Source: Blastocladiella emersonii ATCC 22665 (lineage: Eukaryota; Fungi; Blastocladiomycota). From it: a stretch of DNA of 64,000 nt. The notes below the pieces were generated by a model, which saw nothing but the letters and a program-made list of their open reading frames with translations, had not been told where the DNA came from and made no database searches. Positions 41,992 to 55,565 of the stretch are shown here, piece after piece. How positions within the stretch are numbered: the stretch's first letter is position 1; each line of letters begins with the position of its first letter. The translations under genes were made by a program, and so were the position numbers. The stretch is from assembly GCA_025594325.1 (NCBI GenBank), contig JANHCV010000012.1:310001-374000 (forward strand). The letters run 5' to 3'.

Positions 41992-42869
41992 AGAGTCGCA
42001 GAGTGAAGTGGCATGGTACGTTGAGCGGTGAGGGAGGTCTGAAGGACGCGAAGGTCACGCCACGTGACGCTTTCGTCCGCCGCCGATCCTTGTTCAGCGC
42101 GCGCGTTGGGCGCGGATGGCTGCCGCTCCCGCCGAACCGCCAAGTCCCCGCGCGACCCCACCTAGCACCATGCATTCGACGCACCCATCCCCTCCCCATC
42201 GCATGCAGCCCTGCCCGTACGTTGCCCACACCGCGCCGGCCAACGCGGCGCCCGCGTCGTGAGGCAGCCTTCGCCGCCTCGCTCGCCATGCCCGAGTCGT
42301 GTCCGCGCCCTCCACGCTCGCCTAAGACGACGAACCGACCCCCGAGACGTGCCCGGGGCCACCAAGGAGGCGTACGTCGCCGCTGCGGCGGTGCATCCGC
42401 GTCGTGCTGAGTCGCCGCGAGCGCGCGTTTTCCGTCGACTTATCCGCCCCACTTCTGCCCTTCCTTTCGACACTCATCGACCTCGCCACGCGCGGGACCG
42501 CTGCCGATCGTCCTCCGCGGCGGATCGGCTCGGTTCCGCCTGTCATCACCCCCTTATCACTCGCCGCCTTGAACACGTCGTTCGAACCACGCTGACCCGT
42601 CCCCTTCGTCACCTCACTCGTCCAGATCTCCGCCCACCGAGCGATTGTGTCGACCAACGCCTCGAAAACACCAAGTGCGCCTCGTTTGACGCGATCGACC
42701 GCCTCAGTGACGCGCGCAAGGCCGAGCATCCGCTTCGACCAAGTTGTTCGACAAGGGCCTCACTAAGCGCGTGCACGGCCGCGTTCGACAAGGTGTGCGC
42801 GTGTATCACCGCGGCTACGACGTGACCCGCTTTCTGACGCGTCCTCGGCCGTGTAGCAACCGCGTTCCT

Positions 42870-43560
42870 CGCCGACGTGATCAAGGTCGCCAAGCTCCCT
42901 GGCGATGCGGTACGCTTTCTCACTTGCTGCGGGTGTCGGCACTCGTGGGCGCCGTCGTCCGCGTGCCCAAGGCGTCGGCGAGGCCAAGCTCGACTCGATC
43001 ACCGACTGTACCGCCATGGTCACCAACGACGCGTCCGCGACGGCCGAAGACCTCGAGCAACGGCAACCACGGCCCCGACCATGGTCATCGACTCTGACGT
43101 GCTGTTGCTCGGACTCGCCAAGGCGTTCGAGGTCAAATACAGCGAGATCCAGGGCATGCTCGATCACGGTGCGTTCTCGACCTGGTCCGCGGCCTAGGAC
43201 GCGCGCTTCGAGCCCCTCGCTAACACACACGTACGCGTCTCACTGCAGATCAAGCGGCAGCTTGCTGGCGCCAACATCGACAAGACCAAGGTCCTCGACT
43301 CGCTGCAGTGCAAGGACAAGTCGTCCTTGACCACCAAGACCACGCGGTACGTCTCTCGCGCTTAACCACCGCTTCGCCCCGCCTCGCTGACCCCGCGCCC
43401 TTCCGCACCAGGGCAACGACACTCGGCGGCGCGGAAGTCCAAGCTCGACTCGCTGCGACGGTCGGTGACCGTGGCCATCGCCGACGCCAAGTGCGAGATG
43501 ACGTCGCTCAAGGAGATCAAGGGCGCCAGCCTCCGCGCGGCCATCAAGCGCACCCGCTCA
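42870..43560 (+). pseudogene. Degenerate accessory gene of the transposon
   Basis: Fragmented coding-like frames (MVIDSDVLLLGLAKAFEVKYSEIQGML; AIADAKCEMTSLKEIKGASLRAAIKR) with stops and shifts. Confidence 0.4.
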
Positions 43561-45947
43561 GCCCGATCAAGATCGACTGCCACGTCGAAGGTGGGCGGGC
43601 GGCCACGGGTCGGCGGCATCGAGACCGAGCTCAAGCACTCGTTCCCGCGCATCAAGGAGTGGCGGCGACGGCGGCCGCGGAAGAGCTCGGGCCGCGAGCG
43701 CCGGGTGGGCGCGGTGGCGGCCGCGAGCAGCGGCGTATCATGATTAATACAGAGCTATTATTCGAATCGGTCTATCGGAATGCCTATCAGGGTGAGCACG
43801 TGATTCTATATTGAGGCGCAGCGCGTCCGGCGGCGCGAACCAGGCGCGACCACCCCTGGCGCGACCTCTTGCGCCAACGTTTGCGCGAACCGAGGCCCGG
43901 GTTTGCGCATACATGGGGTCTCGATGGTGCCCAACATAGGCCCCTTTGCGCAAACCCTCGCGCAACGGGTCGCGCAAGGGGGGCTCGCGCAAAGGTTTGC
44001 GCCAACTGATGCGCAAGGGACCAATGGCTGGGAGCCGTTTCGGCGATGCCAGCTCGGCGACTGGAGCGAGCAGGTCCTCAACACAGCGCGTAACTCGGTG
44101 CGCGACGCGTCGAACACGATGCCTGTAGCGAAACACGCGCGGCGCCTCGAACCTCAACCTGACAAGTCATTTGATCTCGAAAGCGTTGACCTCGTGCGCA
44201 AGCCCTCAGCAAACCGGACCATTTCTTTGGTGGCAGCTCGTCATTGAGAACAGCGATCAAAGCGACCGGCGCATGGTCAACTTCGCGAAACTGCTTCCAT
44301 TGAGCAAGACGGACCACATCCCGTTAACTCAACTTCGAACTCCAATAATATTGCCAGCCAGCCTAGTAGACTACTGCTGAGACAGAGTGTGCAACGCACG
44401 CACCCCTAGCTTAAACTGACGGCTCTCAATGTAGTCGATTGTTTCCTGGCTCAAGTTCTGGGTTGAGAGTGTAACGGTGGCGCCGTCGGCTCAACGCTAG
44501 TTTAGCATATCTTTCTTTTTATCGACTTTCATGTTTGAGCTGCTCAATCAGCTGGGCGAACATGTGGTGTGTGAGACGCGACGAACTATAATGTGACGCC
44601 CACGTAAGGATGGCAAGCACGTGAACCGCGTCGTTTCGCCGCGCTCGTCAACCCTCTCCTTGGCGACCAATGTAACACAGCAGCATGGCAATTGATCAGA
44701 ATGTAAAAAATGCCTTTATGATGTAGTTCGGAGATTCAACGCGGAGCTAATCACTCTGTCGCACCTGGAGGATGGTCTCAGTCCCAAACGCCAACTTCTA
44801 TAACAGTGAGCCGCTCGCTACATACTCAGAGTCTACACTTGACGTGGTGCGCGACAGGACGAACCCAGGGATTCAACGGTATTGCGTCCAGCGAGACAAA
44901 CCTCTGCGCACAAACACAACGGTTGGGTTATCAAAGATTTAGCTGACGTGACCGCAAAACAGGGAAAATGGGTGAATGGTGAAAGGAATCGAGGTGTGAA
45001 AACAGGCGGCAAAAGTAAAAGGCAAATGAGCCACAAACAGCGAGCAGTGTGGCACGCAACGGGGCAAAGGTAAAGGCCAAATACAAATGACGATTGGCCG
45101 TTACTTGCAATCGACTAGTGCACTGACAAAAAAACGAAAGAGCAATCAATCGCAGAAAAAGGAAGAGAGAAAAGAGGCGCTTCGCGCACGGAGAAGAATC
45201 AGCTGGAGCGTAGCTCCAGCTGAAATATCTGAAATCGTCCCAAGGACGGCGTGGTTCGGCAAATGAGAGGATGATAAAGAAGCCGAGCGGTTGGCGCATG
45301 CGATGGGACGGCGGTAAGCGTGTGTGTGTAGTTGCGGCGTGGTGGTGGCGACGCGGGGGCGGGGCCGGGTGTGAAAACGTGAAAAGCCAGCGCGTCTGGG
45401 CAATGGGTGGAGTAAAATATAGAGCCGCGCCGGGGAAGCTGCACATAAACTACTCTAGCAAGACGTGCGGCTTGTGGGAGCGTGCGTGTGGTGTGCCAGC
45501 CGTGCCCGCGCCGCGGCGCTTTCCAACTCATTCCCGATTTCGATTTTGGTGGCTCCCCACAAGTACATTTGTCCATTTCGAGTACCTTGAAGCTAGTCTC
45601 GGTGCATAAACTTGCATGGGCGGCAAGCGGGGAGTGGAAAGGGGAGGGGGGAGCGAACTCGAGCGGCGCCGCGTCCGCCCACCTCCCAGCTTCCCAGCAT
45701 CACGTGATGTATGCGGATGACCGGCCGAGCACGCGCGAATCCGGATTCGCATCGTATAAGCCGAAGTCGTACCGGACGTATCGGAGCCGCTTTGATCATC
45801 CATCGAGTAAGGAAAAACGCGTAAAAACGCGTCAAGTCATGTCCAATGGGCAACCGCGTTGGTCAGCTATGTGGGGGGCTTTCGCGCCGCCGACCCGACC
45901 CACTCGACCCACTCACGCGCGAGTCAGGCAGGGTAGAGCTCTTCGGA

Positions 45948-46062
45948 AGGGTTCGAGGGTTTGAGAGGGTTTGAGGGTTCGAGGGTTCGAGGGTTTGAGG
46001 GTTTGAGGGTTCGAGGGTTCAAGGGTTCGAGGGTTCGAGGGGGTACAAGGGTATAAGGGTGA
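45948..46062 (+). repeat. Degenerate 8-bp tandem repeat GAGGGTT(C/T)
   Basis: About a dozen copies decaying at the 3' end. Confidence 0.85.
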
Positions 46063-46508
46063 GGTTTCTCGTCCTGGAGACGTGGCTTGGTTAGCGGGTG
46101 TGGAGTGGGATCCGGTTAAGGTACATGTCTTGAGGTGCACTGGGGAGATGATGCTTCGTTCGACCCCCGCCGTGGCAGGGCGGGACGACGTTGAACTTTG
46201 AGTAAGCAATTTGACATCCCCCGCACCGAAAAGGAGAGTACCACCGGACAACCCGCGAGTTGCACCCGCTGATCAAGTTCACCAGTATTATTGTTTTCGA
46301 CTTGGAACATTTCATGTTCGCTTTTTTTCGGGTTTTGAATACGATTTCTCTCCACGACCGTTTCTCTCGCTCTCCCATGGATGTCGGATTTGCTCGCTGC
46401 TGCCTGTTGCGCGGTCGGCACGTCAAGGGATCAATCGTTCAATTCAAGCTTGGGATGTGGAGAGCTCCTCTGCTCTTCTTCTCCGAGAATGCCTCCTCCG
46501 TGTCGTCG

Positions 46509-46570
46509 CGAGTCTGCGTTGCAAGTCTGCGTTGCAAGTCTGCGTTGCGAGTCTGCGTTGCGAGTCTGCA
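46509..46570 (+). repeat. 13-bp tandem repeat AGTCTGCGTTGC(A/G) x4.5
   Basis: Units at 46511, 46524, 46537, 46550, partial 46563. Confidence 0.85.
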
Positions 46571-47549
46571 GCGCGAGCGAGTGTGCCGACGCACGCCTCA
46601 GATCCCAACCATTTAATTCATTCTTGGTCCGTCCAGCAAGCGACTCGATGAAATGTGTGGCGGCTCCGAGTCGAGTTATGCGCGACCAGGCATGTCGTTC
46701 AGCACCAAGCAGGAATGCAGCAGATCCGGCCCGGCCCACCAAGAACAACGGCGCTCTCAAGCTGCTGTTGCTGCTGCTGCTCAGGTTGATCACCGAGATG
46801 GTCGTCGAGTCGCGCGGGTCAACGCGCTGGCTGGCCGCCGGCCCACGACGACGGCCAACACAAGGGCGACGACCCGCGAGTGAGCGCGCGCGACCAACGG
46901 CTGGCCCAGCGACATGGATGGAGAGAAGAGAAACTAACCGTTCTCGATTACGAGGTTGACTACTACGACTAACTACCTATTCAACCTCGGGGGTAGTAGT
47001 GGTGGCGAGACAATCGCCGCGCGCAGAGCCGAGAGAATGAATGAATCCAATCCATTCGCGGCCGTTGGCCGCTCGCGGATGGGCGACGGCGAGCGGGCGG
47101 GCTACTCTGCAAGATGCGAGAGAGAGATAGGACGGCGGCGCGCGTGCACACGTGTTGAGACGTGGAGGGAGAGCATTTTGACGGTTTGACTCTGAAATTT
47201 CTGAAATCGTCCCAAGGACGGCGTGGTTCGGGTACAGAAATCTTCGTCGGGCTACATTGAACCGCAATGGGACGTGTGCTGGGGCTGGTCAATCGCAAAA
47301 GTTTTGTGAGGCGTAGTGGGACGAAGGAGACCACGGTCAACTGATCACAGTTGCTTGTCCTAAACATAGTCGAATGGTAAAGCAAAAACAGTGTATTGTG
47401 TCAACCCGCACGCGTAATGGAAGGAAATTAACGGGCAACGTGATTGACGCTCGGGTAAAGCGGCAGCAAGAGCGCGCGCTTGAGTTCTGGCTTGAGGCAC
47501 GCAAAGGCCGCGGCCGTGGCGCTAGCAGTCTGCTCATTTCCAAGTTTGG

Positions 47550-50420
47550 TCGAAAGATGCTGACCAATAGTGAGCAGCGCGCGATCAATCAACGTCGAGG
47601 CACACTAAGTCAAGTACTCTTCAACAACAACGGGGAAGCTACCAGTCCATTGAAATTCGGGGAATTCTTTTCCGGCCGCCCGCTTGTATGCGGCCTCAGA
47701 CCGTTTGAGCAGCTTGAGCAGTCGCTGGGCCGACGCGCGCTCAGCGGCCGAAGCAGTCGATTTGGGCGGTATAGGCGGTACGAACAAGTAGCTTACCTCA
47801 AGCGCGGGCGTTATCCAGTCAGACCGACCATGCTGCGGGATAACCACAGGTCGATGCACAAAGATGACCGCGAGAGCGCAACGAGGACCAGGGTTTGTGG
47901 TAAGCTTGACAGCGAAAGCGCCGTCCTGAGTAGCGGCGGAGTCAAAAAGCTGCATAATGACGACCTTGAGCGTGGCCGCTTCAGACACGGCCATTTCGTT
48001 GCCGTCAATCAAGCGTACGGCTGGCACACTAATCGAGTTGGTCCCAATCGGCCATTCAACCGCTGTGAACATGTCGCGAAGCGTCGTAAGCAAAAGGCAT
48101 ACATGAACTTGGACATCCGCGTCGAATCGGGGAACGGCGCAAGCTTTGGGACCAGCGGGCCAAGTCCAAGCCTGGGCACCACTGCATTCAAAGTCTTGTG
48201 AATCGTGGCTGTCACGGTCCGGGCTTTGCGATCAACTTTGACGCTCATCACGTAGGCAACGTATGGCAGACGAAGGGTCATCGCCTTGCCGTCAGTCAAA
48301 AGGTAAATTTTGCCGTGCAGGTGCTCGCAGTCATGAGTAATCGCAAGCTTGATAGGGATCTTCGCACGCGCAGTCGGAATGGCAAGGACAAGTTGTGCGA
48401 AGTCAGCACCCTTGTTGGCAAAGTGAACTACCGGCAGGTGCCAAGGTTCGGGTCTTGATTGGGTTGTGATGCTTGCCGCGTATTTAATGATGCCGCGGAG
48501 AGCGGACTGCAGGTCAGTCACAGGGACCTCTGCCGTGAGGACAGCGGCTGAAGCAGCAATCTGGCCGCCCTTGCCCAAAGAGAGCCGATTGCTGATGCGC
48601 AAGGGCTTTGTCATATCAAAAGAACTGGATTGTTTCGCATAACTTGGCGAAAGGACGGCGCGAAGCGAGAAGAGCGGGTCGGTGAAGCGCTTGCCGAAGT
48701 CGAGGTCAAGGTACCACGTCGCACGGATCGCCCCGGAATCGGAGTCATTTCAGACTGAACGCGGGCGTGGTGAAGGTGCCTGTAGTTTGGAAGTGTGACG
48801 TGAGTTGCTGGGTACTATCTCAGTCACGTTTCAGTGGGACGTCGTACCAAGCGCGTATGTTTCCTTTCGATCCTCCCTGTCCAAGGCCAATAGACGGTCG
48901 CAAATGGACAGGAGGAAGGGCGATTCCGTCGCAGCAACGAGCACTTTGGGGATCGCAAGTTTGCCAAGAACGACGCCACGGTACGACGAGACCCCCTGAG
49001 CATTGTTGCGCCTGTTAGGCGCAAAGGGCCGAACGTGCGCAAGCCAGTGGTCGAGATCGCCGCCATTCTCCTCGTACAGAGCGACTCCGAAACGTACTGG
49101 AAGTGCGGACGCCGGGAGGCGAAAAAGCTGCTCGAAGAGGTCAAACGCGTGTGTGTATTCCCGCTGAATCGGTTGATTGGCATGCAGAATGAGGATCGAT
49201 TTGTCGCCCGTAGCTGAAGAGATGTGCTTGAGCAGAGGGGAACCGTGCAGGACAAGGTTCAGTCCACCGCAGCGATCCATGAGCGAAGACGTGTCGATGG
49301 CATCGAAGCGCTGTTTGGGATCCGCAAGAAGCTTCTCCATAACAAGAACGGTGGGGCCAAGAGTAAAAGTGAGAGTGTGCTGCGGCTCGCGTGAAAGGCT
49401 TGGTTCGCTGGAACCACAAGCTGCGGGCTTGAATGCCTTGGAGAGAGCGCGTACCCACACCTGTAGCTGGTCGCACATCGATTGCTCGAGACGGCGACGG
49501 CTCACGTCAGGAATAAAGCCAGTAAAGGGAGCCATGGAGCCGCTGTGAAGGGCGCCGCGAGGACCAAAGAGCGCCGGGTTGAGCTTCAGCTTCAAGTCTG
49601 CGGTGCGACCGTGCTTGGTAAAATAAACGCCCTGCTCGATGAGGCAATGCGCCTCGGACCGCACACGCATGACCTGGGAAGGCTTCAATGGAGAGGTGCA
49701 ATCGAGAAGCGCGTGCGACATCGCCTGGTCCTGGATGCTGTGTAAGAGCTGGAGGGTGCTGTCCTTGTTAACGCAGTCTGGCGTATGGCTCCCGCTAAAG
49801 TTCAATGTGCAGCAGCCGGTGATGAGCGGCGACTTGAGCGTCGATTGCCGCGTCGCCATGAGATCAGCCGATTTGGGAAGAGTGTCGTGCGTCGCAATCC
49901 AGCGCCGCCAGCAAACGCAAACAGATTCGTGCGTAAATCTGTCGAGTACGCGGACCCGCGAGGAAGATGCGAGCCAGTCGAACTTGAGGCAGGCCTGCAG
50001 CTGGTCGCGCCAAAGGTCGTACGCGGCGCGGTCCAGGTGGTCCGAAAACCATAGCTGCCCGATGAAGCGGTCGAGCGTCGCGCAATCCAGCGAAGAGCGC
50101 ATGATTGCGTAAAGAATCAAGAGCGAGCGGGCAACCGCCTCCGGGCTCTGCGTGTTGAGCGTGAACGACATGGTCGCGCGCGAGTTCCTACGCTCCGCTT
50201 CGCCGAGCGTGTGCGCGACCGAGCGCAAGTCAATGACGTCGCCAATCAAGGCGCTGAGGTTACGCTCGGGAGGACTCGCGTCATGGTAGAGAAAGAGGTC
50301 GGCGGCGAAGGTGTCGCGGAACGGATCGTCGCGACCCGTCGGCTCGGTGTAGATGGCTGACGCGCTCGTCTGAGTCGGTATAAAGTCTGCGGGCAGTGCC
50401 ATTGCAAGAAGTTCCTTCAT
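47550..50420 (-). pseudogene. DUF4470-like N-terminal domain gene with disrupted C-terminal part
   Basis: LIGDVIDLRSVAHTL...FTLNTQSPEAVARSLLIL resembles DUF4470; intron ~48779-48846; frameshift near 48100 and stop at 47605; C-terminus paralogous to 53183-54600. Confidence 0.55.
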
Positions 50421-50687
50421 AAGCGTGGCATAGACCAGGGGTGGAGAGAGAGGGCGAGAGTGTGAGCGCGCTTGCTGTCGCGTCGAGGGCGCGCCGCGCG
50501 GCGTGGGAACGCCAGCTCCTGATCAATCACATGATATCGCGACGCGTCTCGAGGCTCGTGTTAATGAGCGACGCGTATACATTTGCACAAAAAAAAGGGA
50601 AAACTGATACATCACACTACTTGAGCTGACAGGAGAAACAGTGCGGGACAACAAACGGGCGACACGGCGACAGCGCAAAGTCTGGCC

Positions 50688-52876
50688 TCAGTTGACGACG
50701 TTCAGGTACGCATAGACGATCAGCTGCGGAGCTGGATTCGAGCAACGAGGCTCCTTGATGGTCGCTGCCGCCTCGCGCCAGCTGGGCGTCCGCGTGACGA
50801 ATTCGAGCACAAAGTCAGGAAACTCAAGGTAGGTCTTGGCCATGGTCAAGTTTTTGCGCATGGCCTGCGGGAGCACCCACGCAACAACTGCTGCCACGTC
50901 GTAAGCGAGGAACCGCTTGAGCGTCGCAGCGATGAGTGACTCGAGGCTCGGCTGTTTCGGAAGCCTGTAGAGAACCTGGGAGAGGCAAACGCCAATGAGA
51001 TCGGCAGTCACCATGGGAAGGCGTTCGGGGACGCAAGGCATCGTCAGGAGCATATGAAGCGCGTTGTTGAAAATGTCAAAGATCATGCCCTCGATCGGCT
51101 CATAGAGGCAGAACTCGGCGATGCAAGCCACAGCGAGGGGCCAGCGCGTCGTGTGCGGGTCAAGAAACCCGAGCACGCGCCAGCTCGAGATCGGTTTCAA
51201 GTACGCGCGCCACTCAAGGTCGAGTGGGCAGATCACAAGCGCGAGGAGGTGGGCGAACATACGAGAGTGGGTTCCGGCCTGGCCTCGGTCAAAGAAGAGT
51301 TCAATCGTCTCAAAGAGCTCATCAACTGAGACGGACGCGAGGATGCCGCCAATATTCTTGCGCGTTGTGATCATCCGCTCGATGCTGATCGCAAGCATGT
51401 CGGGGACATCGAGTCCAAGCAGGCGCCACGTGCAAACCATCTCCGCCGTGTCCATCTTGAGTGGCTCGCCGTATCCAGCAAGTCCAAGCACGTCGACCCC
51501 GCCCAGGGAATCAAACAGCTTGTGCTCACGCGTGGCCTCGAGGAACATGAGGTCCATGGCTACACGCGGGCGCGTCCCAATAAGTTCATGCGGAGCGGAA
51601 GCAGTCGACTCGTGAGCGCGAACGTACTGTGGGTGGCGACGGCCTTGATTCCGCCGTCTGGCTCAAGGTCCTTGAGCAGCCGAACGACGTCAGCACGAGG
51701 TCCGGGCTGAGCATGGACGCGCATAAGCAGCTCGCCGAAATTGCCCTCGAGGAGCCCAGCTCGCGCCAGTCGAATCGCGGGTCCGATGTGGCCGTCGACG
51801 GCGTAAGAAAGAGCGACATCAGCAACGCGTCCTTCGGGCTGAGCGGTGCGAGAAGCGTCGACCGCATCAAAAATCGTCACGAAAAGATCAGGGTCGGACG
51901 ATTCATCAAGGAAACTCGTAATGAGCGGGATGGTACGAACTGCACGAAGGTCGGCAATAATGAGCTTGATCAATGTACATGCGGGATCGGCGTGACCGCG
52001 AAGATGGCGAAGGGTGCTCATGAGGGGAGGCACAAGCTTGCGGTATTGCTTGAAGAACTTGGGCAGATCAAGCTTGGTGTCCAGTGCGGCATTGATTGCG
52101 AAGAATGCGTCCGGGTTCCACTTAAAGAGCGCAGCCAGCGCGAGAGCGGTACCAAACGTCGTCTTGATTTTGAAGCTGACTGCGAGGTAGACAAACTCGC
52201 GCTGTGTCTCGCGCTCATCGAGCCACATTCGCGCCCACGTTTGGAGGGGAAGCTCCGTAGTGCGAAGCTCCGGGTAGAGCGTGAAAATGTCGTCGAGGCA
52301 GCTGAGCGTGGCGTGAATGTCGTTGATGTGGAGAAAGAAGAACGGAAGCGTGAGGCTGAGCGGAAGCGAGCGGAGTCCGAGGCACTCCAGATGCCACCTC
52401 GGTCCAGCTAGCGAGTCGAGCATTTTGGCCATGCACTCGGCCGAGTCCACACCGGGTGCGCGCCGGCGGTAAATGACGCTCAAAACGGCGGGCGTGAACG
52501 GGTGCCGCGACCGCGCGCGAACGACGAACGCATTGCAAAAGCCGCGGTGGATCGGCGAGTCTTCAAGCGTGAAGCCCAGGAGCGACTTGAGGTACCAGGC
52601 GAACGGCATCTGCAGCTGCGCGGCCGCGGGAAACGCCAGGTCGAGCATCGGACCGAAATTCAGTTCCCGTGCCAAGCCGCTCGTTCGGTAGGACTCGAAG
52701 GGCACGCTGGCAATGGCCTGGCGAGCCCATGCGGCCTGCGCCACTTGGGAGCGAGCTGCGCCGAGCAAAAGGTTCGACGCCGCTGCGAAGCGCGCAGATG
52801 CCGGCACAAGTGCAAGAACGTTCTCAACGAGATTTTGCGGCAAGTCGCGCATGGTTACATTCATTGTGTGTTTCAT
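50688..52876 (-). CDS. Host F-box-like N-terminus hypothetical protein; intron 51560-51627
   Basis: MRDLPQNLVENVLALVP start; GTACGT...GTAG intron joins 51560-52981 to 50688-51557 in frame. Confidence 0.65.
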
Positions 52877-53182
52877 GGCAGGGTCGTCGGGGGAGAGCGG
52901 GCGGACGGCTCGGCGAGCAGAAACGGAGCGATTATTGCGCAAGCCACACGTCACATGTTTTCGGAACACGTATCGCAGCATGTCCCGCGCACCGGCGGCA
53001 GCTCAACCGAGAGCATGGTATGCAGCACACTGGAAGCCCTTCGTTTAGAGAGCGGGCGGCAACGAGTACTTCGACTACGGACCGAGCCCCACCTTCCTCA
53101 AGCGCCTGCTCTGCAAGCCTCACCGGCCGGTTAGTTAGCAGTAGCATAACAAACTGAGAGTCACATAGTGTCACAAATCGAA

Positions 53183-55565
53183 TCAAGAAACAAAGCTCGG
53201 GAACAGCGGCAGCAAGGTCGCGCGCCACAGCCCCTCGCGCAGGATCGCGAATGATGCCTTGGTAGCTGTGGCGAGCTCTTGCGCTGCAGGACTAGCGGTC
53301 ACAAGCTGGTCAGCTTCGGCTACCGAACGATCGACTGTAGCCGCATGGCTAAAGTCGAGGTACTCGCCAATCGCGTCTGCGCTCGCGGCCTTGCACTCGA
53401 TGGCGGGGAATGGCTGATTGTACACGCGGCGGTAGGCATCCTCGGCCAATTTGACAAGCTTGCGCAGACGCTGCACACTGCGCGACGCGGCCGACGAGGT
53501 CGATTTGGCCGACATGGAAGGGATGTAGAGGAAACTGACGTCCAGCGCTGGCGTAATCCAATTGGACTTGCTGTGCGGCGGGAGGACGACGAGTCGAATC
53601 ACAAAAATGATCGCAATGACGCCGCGCGACGAATCTTTGGCGTGAAGTTTGATGGCGCACGCGCCGTCCTGCTTGGCCGCAACATCGAACATGCTTTTGA
53701 TCAAAAGCTTGAGCGCAGCAGTGTTCCATGCAGCATGGCGGGGAGTCCCAGCAGTTGGTGCGGGTGGCAAAGCAGCGGCGCCGCCAGTCAGGAGCTGCTG
53801 GCAATTGGCAAACATGCCTTTGAGCGTGCCATGTGCGACCTCGCGAAGAAAATTTGACGTGGAAGAACCGTCCATGTTAGGGATCAAAGCCAAGCGGGGA
53901 ACCAGTGGCCCAAGTCCAAGCGCGGGAGCGACAGCATGTGAGGTCCGTTTGATGGAAACCGTCACCATTCGACTCGCCCGATCGATTTGAACGTCAGTCG
54001 CGGAGCCGGCGTAAGGCAGCCGGAAGGTTTGCACACGGTTGTCTACGAGGAGAGCAACGGCACCGCGATATTGGGCAAGCGTGTGCCTTGGCACTGGGTT
54101 GACAGCAACCCGCTTGCGGCCACGGGGTATGCCAAGATCCAAGCACACGAATTGTTCGCCCTCGCCTTCCTCCATGACCATGTCGTCGAGCGTGCGCACA
54201 GGCAGGTGCCATGGCAGACGGGGCGAGGCGGAGCATGGAGCTGCGCGAGCGTGTTGCAAAATGCCCCGAAGCGCGGCCTGCAAGTCATCGATGGGGACCT
54301 CAGTGAGGGCGACGAATGCGGCAGATAAATCATTGCCCGCGCCAACCATAAGCTCGTCGCTGATGCACACAGGCTCTGGATCACTGGTGCCGCGCGCCGG
54401 GCTAATGTAGTAAGCAGGGACCGCATAGAGCGCGAATCGGGGCTCCTTGACACGCTTGCAAAAAGCGGGGTCGAGGTACCAGCTGACGCTCACTGTGTCC
54501 GAAGCAGGATCATGCACGACGTTCAAGCTGTGGTAACGCTCCACCGGTTGCTCATCTCCGGGCGATTTCACAACAACGTGAACCGCAAAAGAACGGAACA
54601 TGGCATGGGAATCGCGAAGCTTAAATGTTGCACTCGCACGGAGGACGCGTTTGTTTGAACCAAGGGCGTCCTTTCCGCAGCCAAAGCCGTGAAGTCGCGC
54701 GATCAAGGAGCGCTCGGCGGTCATGATCTCCTCGCCGTCGTCGGCGAAAAAGGACTCGAACCAGTCCAAGTGCGGAGGAAGCCAGTCGCTGCCATCCACA
54801 GTGTACAAGAGCTTTTCGCTGCGGAGGTCAAGCTCCTTGACGGTGGCCGGAATCTTGAGGGTACAGAAAGCGTCAAAGTCGATGCCCGTCGCGTCGTCAA
54901 TGATGAGCTTGCGCACTCGCTGCGTGGGAGAGACGAGCGCTCGTGCAAGAGCATTGAGACGAGGAGGATCAAGACGCGAACGTAACTCGACTTCGGTCAG
55001 CTTTCCAAGACGAACGAGATGCAAGGTGTCAGCGAGCGTTTGATCGACAGACAGTCGCATGTCCTTGAAGCGCTACATGAGACGCGCCAGGTTTAGAGGA
55101 AGTCTTTTCCACGTCGCTTGAGGCTCAAAGCGCGCCAAACCTTGCCGTGGGGTTGCCAGCTGAGCCACGTCATTTCCGGGCGATTTGAGTCAGGCTCTCC
55201 ATGTGAGAAACCGAAAAAATACCAGGTTTACGCTCGAGCGGGACCAGAGACTTGCGTAGCCACTGAAAGGCGGAGAGACATCCGTTCTCAGCCGCCGCCT
55301 CAACAGCCTTGAGCGGGACAAACAGAAGCTGCCCGGCCCGGTGCCAGATGCTAAGAGCGCGGAACTGGCCGGCGTTGATGGCATCCATAAGCGGGACGGA
55401 GGTCACACAAGCGTCAATGGTGCCGCGCAGATTTGGCAGGTCGCGCAGCGGCGCCACGCAAGCGTACTGCATAAACGCCTCGACGTCAAGCGGGTTGTGC
55501 AGCGCCACGGCCTTGCACAAGATTTTGTCAATGACCGAGTAGACGTGTAGCTTCATTGGCTGCAT
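53183..55565 (-). CDS. Chimeric gene: ankyrin-like/LRR family N-terminus plus C-terminal domain shared with 47550-48780
   Basis: 55170-55565 carries the family module (AAENGCLSAFQWLRKS); intron-like GT..AG segments at 55073-55226; WYLD, PWHLPV, LGLGPLVP, WITPALDVSFL shared with the upstream paralogue. Confidence 0.6.

Larger units (their letters stand above)
40004..44049. mobile_element. Decayed CACTA/EnSpm (Plavaka-like) DNA transposon; boundaries tentative
   Basis: Transposase remnants on minus strand, second degenerate gene on plus strand, repeated GCGCAA motifs at 43820-44020, 15-bp inverted match at 40004-40018 and 44035-44049. Confidence 0.55.
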
